A stretch of 64,000 bases of DNA, from NCBI GenBank assembly GCA_044892525.1, contig CM097885.1:44394001-44458000 (forward strand). The letters are read 5' to 3'. Of the stretch, positions 13,389-26,234 are shown in pieces (positions within the stretch are counted from its first letter, which is position 1; each line of letters begins with the position of its first letter). Both the position numbers and the translations under genes were made by a program. Below the pieces are notes generated by a model that worked only from the letters and a program-made list of their open reading frames with translations, made no database searches and was not told the DNA's origin. The stretch is from Schmidtea polychroa. Its lineage: Eukaryota.

Positions 13389-16300
13389 CTCTGAGTTTAT
13401 CCGACAAAATATTCTGTCCCCCTATGGGTATTGCTCACAAGGGTACTACTCACATTCAACATGTCGCAAGGGTACTTTTAATACTTTTATTTGAATGGTT
13501 ATTTAGGCAAATTTGATGTTTAAGGTATTGATAATTTTTAGAGTTGATGGTTTTATTCAAGTAAATTTCTATCATTTTTATGAATTTCTATCATTTTTGT
13601 GAATTTTTATCGTTTTTTGTGGATTTCCATTATTTTTGTGCTTTTCTATCTATTTTGTGGATTTCCATCATTTTCATGAATTTCCATAATTTTTGTGGAT
13701 TTCTATCATTTTTGTGAATTTTTATCGTTTTTTGGTGAATTTCTATTATTTTTGTAGATTTCTTACATTTTTGCAAATTTCATGTTTATTGGATGAATAT
13801 TTAATAATTTAAAGTTAGTTCTAGGATAAATTTAATTAATTTCTTGATAATTGGATGTATTTTTAATTTTAAATAAAAATTATTTTTAATGTTAATAATT
13901 AGAGTTTGTACAATAATCAAGTGGTAGGATAAATTTTTATGAGGATATTGAATAATTTTCTAAGAATTTCATGTTGACTGATTAAAAGTTTTAATGGTGA
14001 TAAATTTAATTAATTTCTTGATAATTAGTTGTATTTTATTGAATAGTTTTTAAATAAAAATTAATTTCATTGACAATTAGGTTAATAATTAAGTGATTTT
14101 TGATGATAACTTTGTAATGCATTTGAATAAATAATTTTTCAATAATTTTCTAAGAATATTTACACATTGATGCACTTTAAAAAACATAAACTAAGAAACC
14201 AGTTAACTTTATCAAGGACTTTAAATTTGCTTGATAATTATTGTAGGATATACAGAAATTTAGTTTGTTGTTATTGCTTGAAAATGATTGGTTGAATAGC
14301 TGAAGAATTATGATCAAACAATATATATCATCTCCAGTTAGGTATTTGATGGTAAATATTTGTAGAAAATAATCAGTTTATTATGTCTGTTACATAAGTC
14401 GCCTTTAGCGTCAAAATGTGTTTTTAAAATAAATTTTAATTTTAAAATACCGCAACGTAATATATTTTTTCCCCTGCCCTTCCATGATTTTGATTGGTTA
14501 GTGGGCTCTTATTATTTAGCTTCTAAATTAGTTCAATGGAAGAATGCCTGATGTCTTTAACAGTTTATGAAAATTCATACTTTTTGAAGTTCTCTAAGGA
14601 TATTAAGAGGATTGATATATATTAAAGGGTTCAAGTGGGTGGAATCTTTAGGGAAATTAAGGGATATAATCGGATCGATGTTTAAAAGGGTAGAAATATT
14701 TGCTGAGAGATCGGATAAGATGGGATATTGTCGGTTATTAAATTTAATGAGGGATGGGTTAAGATGGGAATATATGATTTTTAAAGGGATATAGTCGGTT
14801 AGATTTAATGAGAGATCAGATAAGGTGGGAATATATGATTTTTTAAGGGGATATAGTCGGTTAAATTTAATGAGAGATGAGTTAAGATGGGAATATATCA
14901 TTGTAAGGGAGATATAGTCGATTGAATTTAATGAAGGATGGGTTAAGATGGGAATATATGATTTTTTTAATGGTGATGTTGGTAAAATATCATTGTTTTA
15001 AGGGAAATGTCAATTAGTCAGTTATGAATCACTAATAATGTGAAATTATATCGTTTTATTAGGTTGTGATTAATCCATTGTATATTAATTTAGATTTATG
15101 TTTTAGAACAATGTTTTATTAAATTTTCTATTAATTATCCAGGGTTTTATTACGTAGTGTTAATGACCGATTTACTTGGTTTTGACAATGAAATCTTTAG
15201 AGATAATTTGGATTGATATCAACTTTAAATTATTTTTATCTTTATTTAAGAGGGAGAATGACAAAAGTTGATAAATATGGACTTAAAACATCGACTAAAG
15301 AAAATTGATCTTTATTGAAAGAAATCTATCGGGTGATTTTAATTAGTAATTAAATCGGTTGAATATTGGTAAAAATGATCATTTGAAGAGATATATTTTA
15401 TTGAATGGATAAATTTAATCTTTCAATGGGACCTAGTCAGTTATATTTATTTTAAATTTCGAGTACAGTGATTTATTTTTAGAATAAAAATTTAATTATA
15501 ACTGGTTTTATCAACAGTGAAATATGTATGATAATATGAATTAAAGTTAGAATTATAGTCATTTAAGGGATTTTAAGCAATCTTATTAATCTGAGGGGGA
15601 ATATATGATTTTTTAAGGGTACTTATCATTAAAATATCAATCTTTAAGGATAGAGTTATTTCAATGAAATTTGATGCTTTTTAGATGATATTTGTAATAA
15701 TATGAATTAAGGATAGAAATATAGTCATTTAAGGGGATTTTAAGGAATCTTGTTAGTTTGAGGTGAATATATGATCTTTAACAAGTACTTATCGATAAGA
15801 TACCAATCTTTAAATATTGATATATTTAGGGGAAATGATTCTTTTTAGATGATTTTATTGGAGAATTCACTTGGATATACCAATTATTGTCATTTAAATG
15901 AATTTACTGGTTTGTTAGATTTTATCATTAGCTATCAGTCTCTTTTGGAATTTAATGATAATTATTTTTATTGTAGATTGATGACATTGATAATTGTAAT
16001 GAATTTATACTGATTTTTTGAATATATTGAGCAATCAGTCAATCAATTTGAGTACATGTATTACTTTAAAAAAAATAATTAAAATTAATTTTATTTCAAT
16101 TAATTTATTCAATCTAAATCAATTATCTACTAAATCTTATTTCAAATTTTTATTAATTTATTATCTTAGTTGATTCAACTTGAATGATCAGTATTTTTTT
16201 ATTTACTGGATGATTAATGATTAGAATTCTTTCTTGTCCATTAATTAAATTTTTATGATATTTATTTTGAATAATTTAAATTTTTACAATAATTTAATCA

Positions 16301-16793
16301 ATTTTTACCTAGTTATTGATGCCTTGAGTTCAATTAATTTTTCATCCAATTTTTCAAGTGATGAGTATTTACTTTTAAAGATCAATTTGTGTTAGTACAT
16401 AGTTGTTGGTTGTTAGTAGTTGATAGTTGATATCTGATTGACTTTTTAGATTTTGATAAGATAGTGTATGCGATGAAGAATGTTTTGTATTTAATTGCTA
16501 TTATTTTTATGTGTGGTTAGTTGATTGTTGGTACTAAGTTGTTGGTATCTTGTATTTGGTAGTTGGTAGAGTGTTGTTAATTTCTCGATGGGTTTTGATG
16601 GTGGTTGTTAGTAACTAGTTGTAGGTATCTGGTTGTTAGTGTTTAGTATTTAGTTGTTTGAAACCTAGTTGTTAGTACATGGTAACTAATTAATGAGTAG
16701 GTGGGGGTTGAGAGTTAGCAATACCCTTACGACCAGTACCCTTACGACCAGTACCCTTAGGGGGTCAAAACATCCTGTCGGATAAACTCAGAG
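13389..16793. mobile_element. TA-flanked sub-element with ~60-bp imperfect inverted ends (copy in solo arm)
   Basis: TA|CTCTGAGTTTATCCGACA...TGTCGGATAAACTCAGAG|TA; also at 38064-41737 and 43933-47483. Confidence 0.7.
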
Positions 16794-17226
16794 TATATAT
16801 AATAAAACTGATCAATAATAAGTATTTATTGAATGTGATTTTTACTTTGCATTAATAAGTCAGTAGTTATCATTTAAAAGAAGAATGTTTTGTAAATTAG
16901 AATTCATTAGTCTTTCATTGTAATTAAAATTATTTTGAATTTCACGTGGTGTTTTAAAGTGATTGAGTTGTGGTTTTTTGATGAAAATCAACATTTTTGT
17001 TAAATTTGAAAAGGTTTTTCTAATGATTGTAATTAAATATATTTTTGTAGATAGATAAAAAATTAATTTAAAAAAATACATTTCATAAAATACAGTGAAG
17101 AATATTTAGTAGTTAGTTGTAAGTATCTGGTTGTTTGAGAGTTAGTTAGTACGTGGTATCATGTTGTAAGTATTTGTTAGCACCTAGTTAAAAAATAATC
17201 AGTAACCGATTGTTGGTAACTGTTGA

Positions 17227-17299
<73 letters not shown>

Positions 17300-17619
17300 C
17301 ATTTAAATTTCCATTTAAATTTACATTATAAATTACATTTCTCAAAAAAGTTGGTGGTTATTCAATCTTTTGATAATAAATTTAAAAATCTTAGTTTAAT
17401 TTACTTAGTACATTACTTATTTAAAAATTATTACTTTAATTTACTTATTTAATTTAAAATTTGAACCATTGGTTACTTAATTTAAAATTTGAACCTTAAT
17501 TTACTTTTTTAAAAATTATTACTTTAATTTACCTAATTATTCTTTATTTCTTAATTTTACACCATAATTTACTTAACAACTAAATATAATCCTTATTTTC
17601 ATATTTAACCATTAATTTC

Positions 17620-18905
17620 ATGTGGTCATCTGGTTGTAAGTGTTTGGTATCTAGTTGACAGTGCTTAGTACTAGGTAAGTTACTTGGTTGTTAGTACTTG
17701 GTTGATAATGCTTAGTACCTGGTTGTTGTTGGTTGTATGTTCTTGGTATCTAGTTGTTAGTAACTAGTTGTAGGTAATTAATGCTTAGTAGTTGGTAACT
17801 GGTTGTTAGTACTTGGTATCAGGTAACTGGTTGGTTGGTTGTTAGCTGGTTGTTGTCGGTTGTTAGTACTTGTTAGGTGGTTGGTTGCTGTTAGCTGGTT
17901 GTAGTTAATTAATGGGTAGGTGGTAGCTAGTTGTTAACTGGTTGTAGCTAGTTAATGGGTAGGTGGTTGTAGGTACTTGGTTGTTGGTAATTAATGCTTA
18001 GTACCTGGTTGATGTTGGTTATATGTACTTTGTAGGTGGTTGTAGGTACTTAGTAGTTGGTAACTGGTTGTTAGTACTTGGTATCTAGTACCTAGTTAGC
18101 TGGTTGTAGCTAGTTAATTGGTAGGTGGTAGCTAGTTGTTAACTGGTTGTAGCTAGTTAATAAGTAGGTGGTTGTAGGTACTTGGTAGTTGGTAATTAAT
18201 GCTTAGTACCTGGTTGATGTTGGTTATATGTACTTTGTAGGTGGTTGTAGGTGCTTAGTAGTTGGTGACTGGTTGTTAGTACTTGGTAGCTAGTACCTAG
18301 TTAGATTGTTGTAGCTAGTTAATTGGTAGGTGGTAGCTAGTTGGTTGTAGGTACTTAGTAGTTGGTAACTGGTTGTTAGTACTTGGTATCTAGTACCTAG
18401 TTAGCTGGTTGTAGCTAGTTAATTGGTAGGTGGTAGCTAGTTGTTAACTGGTTGTAGCTAGTTAATAAGTAGGTTGTTGTAGGTACTTGGTAGTTGGTAA
18501 TTAATGCTTAGTACCTGGTTGATGTTGGTTATATGTACTTTGTAGGTGGTTGTAGGTGCTTAGTAGTTGGTAACTGGTTGTTAGTACTTGGTAGCTAGTA
18601 TCTAGTTAGCTGGTTGTAGCTAGTTAATTGGTAGGTGGTAGCTAGTTGGTTGTAGGTACTTAGTAGTTGGTAACTGGTTGTTAGTACTTGGTATCTAGTA
18701 CCTAGTTAGCTGGTTGTAGCTAGTTAATGGGTAGGTGGTAATTGGTTGTAAGTATCTGGTTGTTTGAGAGTTAGTTAGTACGTGGTATCTAGTTGTAAGT
18801 ACTTGGTAGCAGGTAACTAGTTGTTAGTAACTAGTTGTAGGTATCTGGTTGTAACTACATGTTCGTAAGTTACTGGTTGTTGGTACTAAGTTGTTGGTTT
18901 GTTGT
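17620..18905 (+). repeat. Strand-asymmetric G/T-rich complex satellite with higher-order repeats
   Basis: GGTTGTTAGTACTTGGT/GGTAG/GTTAG words; ~200-300-bp blocks recur (e.g. near 17985, 18190, 18495). Confidence 0.9.
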
Positions 18906-18960
18906 TGAATTATTATTAAAATTTGTCTTTGAAAAATATTTCATAAAAATTTTCATTAAA

Positions 18961-21120
18961 GTACAAAAATTTATTAAAGAAAAATAACAAAACATAACTA
19001 GTATGTTAGTAACAATATAACAGGCAAGCTGTTATATGGGATTGAATCTTCTAGAGTGCTCTATTTAGGGATGCTGGCACTATCATCCGTTTTCTGAATC
19101 TTTTCTTGGGTGTTTTATTGGAAGAATCCTCTGTGGTTCTCATATGTCTTTCTGGAGCCCTTTATCACTCTCTCGATCATTTTGGTCTTCACTGGCTTAT
19201 ACTCTTCATATTTAATTCCGAGTTTTCTGAATATGTCACCGTTTCTTTTGTCCCATGTTCCTAGGGAGCATACTACGAATGTTTCAACTGTTGTGTATGT
19301 ATTTGTTGCTTCATTTATGTCTTGTGCAAGCTTCCTGTATTTGTTATGGTTCTTTGTTCTTGATACCTCTATTGTTGTTGCGTCGTCGAATGGGCATTTT
19401 ATGTCTATAATCATGATATGTTCTTTCATTCGGACTACTATGTCTGGTTTTAACATTTCTTTAGCCTCCTTTGATCTCTTCTCCACTTCAAAATTGAGCT
19501 CTTTCTTTCTTAAAATATCTTCAAGCGCTTTCTGAATCTCATTGTGTTTGTTAGTCCTCATTCTTGTACCCCTGACACACATATTTAGGACGTGTATTGA
19601 GGATTCGTGCGGGTTATCACAATTTCTGCATTTTGTAGTTCCCAGTCTGCCTCCTTGATTTGACTGTTTCATGTTGATGTCTAACATGTTTGCCCTTGCT
19701 TTGATAATGAATCTCCATTCAAAATCTTTTAGGTTTTTGGGCATTTTCCACTCCGTGAATTCTGAACTTGGGAGCCTAAGGATATGGCCTTGACAGTTTG
19801 CCAATTTCCATTTCTGGATGTATGCTTCTCTGATCATATTGTGTAACTTCTTTGAGGCTTCGTCTAAGAATGGTGGGAAGACTTCCTCAGGTTTTTCTTG
19901 ATTGCAGGATTTGATGTTACATCCAGTGCCAATATTTCGTGTGAGGAAAGTTAATTTGATATCATGATCATGGTATAGCTGTGTTATTGCATTCTTTACT
20001 CTATCTAACCATGATTTTTTGGCCGAATTTGTTCTTTTGTGGGTATATGTTCCATCCAACCATTTTAACGCATCTGACAATGTGCTGATGGAGATATCGG
20101 TTCTTGTTTCGGCTACATCTATTATTTCCTCTGTTAGTATGTTTACTATTGCCGAGTGACTGCTGTTAATCAACTTTAGGAATCGAGCAATTGTTTGTAT
20201 GATCTGTTCGTCTACTATCTTTGTAATACCAATGCCTCCTTTTTCGATCGGGGAGTAGAAGATTGCGTCCATTAGAGGGCTTTTATGTTGTAGGTCCAGC
20301 ACCTCTTTATCCTTTATTAGCATTCTAATTTTATCATCATATTTTCCGGCTTCGCTTTTAGCTATTTCTTCGGCTTGCAAGATGAATATGAATTTTGAAT
20401 GGCAGAAGATCTTATATGCCTCGATTTTTTGGTGAGCTCTTAGTGAAGAATTGAAGATGCTGATGGCCTTGTCTTCAGCTTCTTTGAAAATTTGGTTAAG
20501 ATCGTTTTTCTTTGTGCTACCAACAGTTACACCAAGGTAAGTGTAAAGGTTTTCCTCGTTAATTAGTTTGATCTTTGTTCCATCGAGAAAGATGTTGTTC
20601 TCCCATCCAGTAGCTTCTTTTTTATTTAGGTAGTAGCCGCACTTTTCTGGTTTAAATATAAGGTGTGCCAGTTTAGCCTGTTCTACTATTGTGTTGAGCA
20701 TTTCTTGGATTTGATGGTGTTGTGGTGCGATAAGTACGAGATCGTCTGCATATGCTAAAATGCTTATTTTTTCTCCAGCTATCTCAACTCCTTTCCCACT
20801 ATTTATTGCAGCTTGTATTAGATATTCAATACAGAGGCTGAAGATGGTCATTGATAGTGGGCATCCCTGTTTAACACCTTTTTCTTGTTTGATTTGGCTT
20901 GATCTGGTGTCACCACTTTGATATATAGTGTGACAGTCTTTATAGCATTCTTGCAATAGGCTTATGGTATTTTTATTTAGGCCTTTTTGTTCTAAAGTAT
21001 GCCAGATCACTTCGTGTGGAATGCTGCCAAAGGCATCCGCAAGATCCAAGAACACCAGGTGACATTCACATCCATTGTATCTTTTCCTGTTGGGCTTTTC
21101 TTTTTGAACAGTGATGATGT
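18961..21120 (-). mobile_element. 5'-truncated RLE-type (NeSL/R2-group-like) non-LTR retrotransposon
   Basis: Absent from the homologous empty site near 49520; ORF plus ~150-bp 3' UTR with AATAAA near the 3' end; no poly(A) tail seen. Confidence 0.9.
19115..21055 (-). CDS. Reverse transcriptase + CCHC finger + restriction-like endonuclease (N-terminally truncated)
   Basis: LDLADAFGSIPH, GVKQGCPLS, LAYADD, YTYLG, CRNC..ESSIHVLNMC, KHNEI, KPDIVV..IIDIKCPFD, KY, SLGTW; 646 aa without a stop. Confidence 0.95.
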   Translation of the reverse strand: MFLDLADAFGSIPHEVIWHTLEQKGLNKNTISLLQECYKDCHTIYQSGDTRSSQIKQEKGVKQGCPLSMTIFSLCIEYLIQAAINSGKGVEIAGEKISILAYADDLVLIAPQHHQIQEMLNTIVEQAKLAHLIFKPEKCGYYLNKKEATGWENNIFLDGTKIKLINEENLYTYLGVTVGSTKKNDLNQIFKEAEDKAISIFNSSLRAHQKIEAYKIFCHSKFIFILQAEEIAKSEAGKYDDKIRMLIKDKEVLDLQHKSPLMDAIFYSPIEKGGIGITKIVDEQIIQTIARFLKLINSSHSAIVNILTEEIIDVAETRTDISISTLSDALKWLDGTYTHKRTNSAKKSWLDRVKNAITQLYHDHDIKLTFLTRNIGTGCNIKSCNQEKPEEVFPPFLDEASKKLHNMIREAYIQKWKLANCQGHILRLPSSEFTEWKMPKNLKDFEWRFIIKARANMLDINMKQSNQGGRLGTTKCRNCDNPHESSIHVLNMCVRGTRMRTNKHNEIQKALEDILRKKELNFEVEKRSKEAKEMLKPDIVVRMKEHIMIIDIKCPFDDATTIEVSRTKNHNKYRKLAQDINEATNTYTTVETFVVCSLGTWDKRNGDIFRKLGIKYEEYKPVKTKMIERVIKGSRKTYENHRGFFQ

Positions 21121-21359
21121 AATTATATATGTTTCATAAAAATTTCCATAAAAAATTACCATTGAAAAATATTTCATAAAAATTTCCATTAAAAATTAAC
21201 TTAAAAAATTATTTCATAAAAATTTTCATTAAAAAATTTCAATTCTCAAACACCTTCTATTATTTCAACTTTTTGTTAATAAATTTAAAAATCTTACTTT
21301 AATTTACTTATTACATTACTTATTTAAAAATTATTACTAAAATTTACTTATTTAAAATT

Positions 21360-22080
21360 TTTTACCATTGATTACTTAATTTAAAAATTTGGACCTTAAT
21401 TAACTTTAATTTAATTTTTTAGAACCTTAATTTACTTTAATTTAAAAATTTGAACCATAATTTACTTATTTAGACCATAATTTACTTTAATTTAATTTTT
21501 TATAACCATTATTTACTGTAATTGAAAAATTTGGACCATAATTACTTTAATTTAAATTTTAGACCCATAATTTACTGTAATTTAATTTTTAGGACCATTA
21601 TTTACTGTAATTTAATTTTTTAGAACCATTATTTACTTTAATTTAATTTTTTGACCCATAATTTACTTTAATTTAATTTTTTAGAACCATAATTTACTGT
21701 AATTTAATTTTTTAGGACCATTATTTACTGTAATTTAATTTTTAGAACCATTATTTACTGTAATTGAAAAATTTGGACCATAATTTACTGTAATTCAAAA
21801 TTTTTGACCTTTATTTACTTTAATTTAATTTTTTAGAACCATTATTTACTTTAATTGAAAAATTTGGACCATTATTTACTTTAATTTAATTTTTTGACCC
21901 ATAATTTACTGTAATTCAAAAATTTTGACCATAATTTACTGTAATTTAATTTTTAGGACCATAATTTACTTTAATTGAAAAATTTGGACCATTATTTACT
22001 TTAATTGAAAATTTTGGACCATAATTTACTGTAATTTAATTTTTAGGACCATTATTTACTTTAATTGAAAAAATTTACCA
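21360..22080. repeat. ~30-bp tandem array (AATTTACTKTAATTTAATTTTTAGRACCAT)
   Basis: Roughly 23 units; homologous arrays at ~34920-35770 and ~49700-50000. Confidence 0.9.
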
Positions 22081-22084
22081 CGTT

Positions 22085-22765
22085 TTTTTAGTGTAGACCA
22101 CCTATTTCTCAGGACCAAGGAGACTTACCTCACTATAGTCTGAAAAATCCTTGGCTTTTTTAGTGTAGACCACCTATTTGTATTGAAAATATCCTGAGAC
22201 CTTAAATTACGATGCTTTTTTATTGATAGTCGGATTTTTGTATAGAAAAAAAGTTTTTGTATTGAAAATCCCAGGACCATCGAGACCCCCTCACTATAGT
22301 CTGAATAATCCTTGGCTTTTTTAGTGGTAGTCGGATTTTTGTATTGAAAAATTTTATTTGTATTGAAAATCCCAGGACCATCGAGACCCCCTCACTATAG
22401 TGTGAATAATTCTTGGCTTTTTTAGTGGTAGTCGGTTTTTTGTATTGAAAAAATTTTTTTTGTATTGAAAATCCCAGGACCATCGAGACCCCCTCACTAT
22501 AGTCTGAATAATTTTTGGCTTTTTTAGTGTAGACCAGCTTTTTGTATTGAAAATATCCTGAGACCTTAAATTACCATGCTTTTTTATTGGTAGGCGGATT
22601 TTTGTATAGAAAAAAAATTTTTTGTATTGAAAATCCCAGGACCATCGTTTTTGTATTGAAAAATTTTTTTTGTATTGAAAATCCCAGGACCATCGTTTTT
22701 GTATTGAAAAAAATTTTTTGTATTGAAAATCCCAGGACCATCGAGACCCCCTCACTATAGTGTGG
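22085..22765. repeat. ~100-bp subterminal tandem array (AAATCCCAGGACCATCGAGACCCCCTCACTATAGT core)
   Basis: 5 ACTATAGT cores here, 4 in the left arm, 13 in the right arm. Confidence 0.9.
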
Positions 22766-23104
22766 AACAATTGCGTAATAAAAAGTTGCAACAAAAAAAA
22801 ATCGTGCAACAAAAAGAATCGTGCAGCGGGCCACTATCTACCTACTCATCTTTAATGTTATTTAAAGGTTTTCATTAAAAAGATTCTGTAGAGCTAAACA
22901 TAAATAGCCAAATTCCTTTAATTGTCTGGGCTACTTATCCCTCTTTGTAATTATATAAGAAAATGTACTTCTGCCTGTTTCCAGCACTCAGTTCGTGTAT
23001 CATTAATATTGTTGTATAATTGTTCATCAATACAAAATGTTTAAGATAGATAAAAATGGGAATTTCTTCCAAAATCACAATAGTTGATAAAAGGTCTGCT
23101 AAAG

Positions 23105-23662
23105 CATAGGTGCAGAAAGTGTATGTCGCGACCCCCATGTGAAGTCGTTTACTTTTAATTAGGAGTCGCAAAAATAAAATGGATTTAATAAAGTTACAAT
23201 ATTTAAGGTTAAACAGACAAGAATGTTCATAATTCACTAAATTTTATAAGGATAATGCTTGAAATTTTTAATTATGTTGATTTTTATTTTTTTAATTTTT
23301 TCTAATTTTTATATTTTTCAAAATTTGTTAATTTTAATGCTTATAACTGTGAATTAACGTTGATTTTTAGTTTATTAAAATTTTAATTTGTAATTGCCTC
23401 CTCTGGATGACTACGCTTATAATCTTCTATTTATCTCATCTTTTCATTCTGTTAAAAATATTTATATTTATTATCTTCGGCCAGAAGTTAAATAATTAAA
23501 GACGTTTTTAAATTACGACAAAATTTAAAAATGTTTTTTAATTTTTAACATTTGCGAAAAATTTTTACCAGATTTTACTATACTTCCCAAATGTACCGCT
23601 GGGGTCGTATGATTTCTTCATTTAAAGATGGGGTCGCGATCGGAAAAGTTTGCGCATCACTA
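23105..23662. mobile_element. hAT (Buster/Charlie-like) non-autonomous element
   Basis: Inverted TCGCGACCCC/GGGGTCGCGA subterminal motifs; 8-bp flanks TGCTAAAG / TTCTAAAG (7 of 8). Confidence 0.7.
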
Positions 23663-23969
23663 TTCTAAAGAATGATTGTCTTTCCAGATTCAAATCTTCA
23701 TTCTTAAATTTCTTAAACCACACATTTTTTGTCTTTTTATAAGGAATTTATTTAAAATTCTTTTTACAAATTTCTATTTTTCTACAGAGATCTTTCAATG
23801 TTGATATTTACAAAACATACAACAGTGTAAATGAATTGTATAGCAAGGCATATTTCCGTAATTATTTTTTGGTAAATAATTATTTTGAAATATTTTCTTT
23901 TCTTATATGCTGAAATATAACAGATAAAAAACACCTTTCTGTTTATATTTATATTTTGTGTTTATTTAG

Positions 23970-24216
23970 TCTCGATGACTTGCTAAAGGCTGGAATAACG
24001 CTAGCAGACAATGTTGTGGTAGTCAACAAGGAAACTAGCAATTCGGCGGAGGAAGACACTTTGTCCGACTGTAATACAATTGTAGCAGTCCAAACTATTT
24101 ATCGGCTGTTTCCACATATAAAAATCATCACTGAATTAAGCCAAAGCTCAAATATGAGATTTACTCTTTTTTCGCCAGACGACAAATATGCCCTTAGCAT
24201 GTCTAAAGTAGAAAAG
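23970..24216 (+). CDS. KCNT1: Slo2/KCNT exon (RCK2)
   Basis: LDDLLKAGITLADNVVVVNKETSNSAEEDTLSDCNTIVAVQTIYRLFP..ITELSQSSNMRF. Confidence 0.95.
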
Positions 24217-24217
24217 G

Positions 24218-24270
<53 letters not shown>

Positions 24271-24337
24271 TTATATAAAAGAACTTTTTTCAAATTTCAC
24301 CACTGATTTCTTTTCCATTGACATTGTATTTAATTAA

Positions 24338-24502
24338 AAGGCTTGACTTTGAATAAGTAAATATATCGATGTTTTTGACATTAACGAATTTTAGGCACTG
24401 CCGTTTTCAAATGAATTTTGACAATTACATTGAAAAACGCAGTGTCAAAATTCGTGAATATCAAAAAACATCGATGTATTTGGTGATTTATAGTCAAGGT
24501 TT
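24338..24502. mobile_element. Hairpin MITE flanked by TTAA (Kolobok/piggyBac-type target)
   Basis: Nearly the whole 165 bp folds back (CTTGACT..CGATGTTTTTGA / TCAAAAAACATCG..AGTCAAG); related fragment near 30925-30980. Confidence 0.6.
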
Positions 24503-25319
24503 TTAAATATATATATATTTATTCTAATTATTTTATTTCTTTATATATTTATATTTTGAAAAATTAGTCTCTTTTACTGAAAATTAATTTTTGTTCTTAA
24601 GAAATTTCGACTTTAGATCAATGTTAACTAAGAAAAAGCATTCACCTAAAGTTAAAATCTAAATGAAGGTTAAAAAATTCTAAAGAAGAAACGGATCAAA
24701 GACGAACAAAAGGATAAATTATTTTTCAGAATTTGTTACGGACAGATAAAAAACACTTTTCTGTTTATATTTTGTATTTGGAAATGGCTGGGAAGGTATA
24801 TAATTTTTGTTACGTAACGCAGAAAAGGTTTTTCAAAACTTGAAAAACAGGAAAACGTTTTAAGTATTAAAATTTACGACAAACAAAAAGTAAAGCATTC
24901 AACATTTAATCTGATGTAGTTTAGATGGTTCTTAATCGAACAAAAGATTTCATTTCAACTATACTATTATATTTTGAAACCTTTTCTAATAAAACATTTC
25001 AAAAACATTTTCTATCACTCACTTTGCTCAATATTCATCGCAAAGTTCATTCTATAGAAAAAGTAATGCCACAAACCAAAATTCAAACTAAAAGAATTTT
25101 TCGAAAGCAAGAGGATGAATACATGGTTATCATGGAAGAATATGCAGAATTCCTCAAAAATATCATTTTGTAAATGTCATTCATCCTATAATCTAACCAA
25201 TTTTGGAAATCACTGTTCAACGAACTCAGTAATAAATCCCACCTAAGACTTTCATATTAATGAAATATATTTTTAAAATTTTTCTTGAGCTTGAAATTGA
25301 AATTCTTTATATATTTTAG

Positions 25320-25505
25320 AAAGAAAGAGCTCGTGGTTCTCATATAAGCTATATATTTCGGTTGCCATTTGCTGCCGGTCATGTATTTTCCGCAAGCATG
25401 CTTGATACCTTATTGTATCAAGCTTTTGTAAAGTCTTATTTGATAAGGTTTGTGCGACTGTTACTTGGAATCGACCAAGCAGTTGGATCCGGACACTTGA
25501 CATGT
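25320..25505 (+). CDS. KCNT1: Slo2/KCNT exon
   Basis: [62 protein letters not shown]. Confidence 0.95.
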
Positions 25506-26105
25506 GTAATGCATTTTTTTAATTTTAATATTTTTTAATATTATATTTATTACATTTTTCATTTTATTATTATAATTATTAAAATGATGATTTTTTTGAA
25601 GCAGCATAAATTAAATGTTACACAAGTAAAAGATAAGATAAGCCTTTCACTGCAAAATAAGTATTGAATATTAAAGATTTTGATTAAAATTAAAACTCAA
25701 TTTTAAATTGCAAAGGATTATCTTATAATCGAACTTCTTTTTATTTAATATATACTTTGCAGCAAAATATTTATCTTCTCATTTGTTTAATATTCTAATT
25801 ATAGTTAATGAGTAATGTAATAATCACCGAGTTTTAACTCCAATCGGAATCATCTACAAAAGCTAATATTCTCGACAACCAATCCAGTATCTATCGCCCA
25901 AAGATATAAGATATTGAAGGCTGTCAATAAAAAAATTACAGCTTTTCATGTTTAAAAACATATTTGAGATCTTATCTATTTCTTAATCTATTCTATGCTG
26001 TGATTTGTCTCGAGATTTTAATTCTACTTCGTAGTCTCCACACCATTAAATAGAACATTATTAATGAATATTAAAAATATTTAGCAATTATTATTTTTTT
26101 ATTAG

Positions 26106-26234
26106 TGTCACATTAAAGAAAAAGACATGTGGATTAAAACCTATGGAAGACTATATCAAAGGATGTGCAGTACTACTTGTGAAATTCCAATTGGCATTTA
26201 TCGAACTGTCAAAAGAGAGAAAACTTCTTATTCT
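26106..26234 (+). CDS. KCNT1: Slo2/KCNT exon
   Basis: [33 protein letters not shown]. Confidence 0.95.

Larger units (their letters stand above)
12805..22846 (+). mobile_element. Solo, diverged copy of the giant-element arm inside a 12.6-kb KCNT intron
   Basis: Colinear with 43326-51545 with the same module order; ends GCGGGCCACTATCTACCTACT at 22846; no left terminus or TSD found. Confidence 0.9.

Noticed and set aside
19110..19535. 141-aa hydrophobic + strand ORF
   Set aside because: Antisense shadow of the retrotransposon endonuclease domain.
18939..21153. ~22-bp TSD around the retrotransposon
   Set aside because: The empty site already contains tandem degenerate copies of this motif, so a TSD cannot be claimed.
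21360..22765. CRISPR-like appearance of the 30-bp and 100-bp arrays
   Set aside because: No unique spacers, no cas genes, eukaryotic intron context.
22220..22834. ORFs with repeated IVRGSRWSWDFQYKK / MVLGFSIQK (also 34435-34921, 49984-50316, 51219-51491)
   Set aside because: Translations of the tandem array in several frames; frames are not conserved between copies.
25273..25503. 76-aa minus-strand ORF
   Set aside because: Antisense shadow of a conserved KCNT exon.
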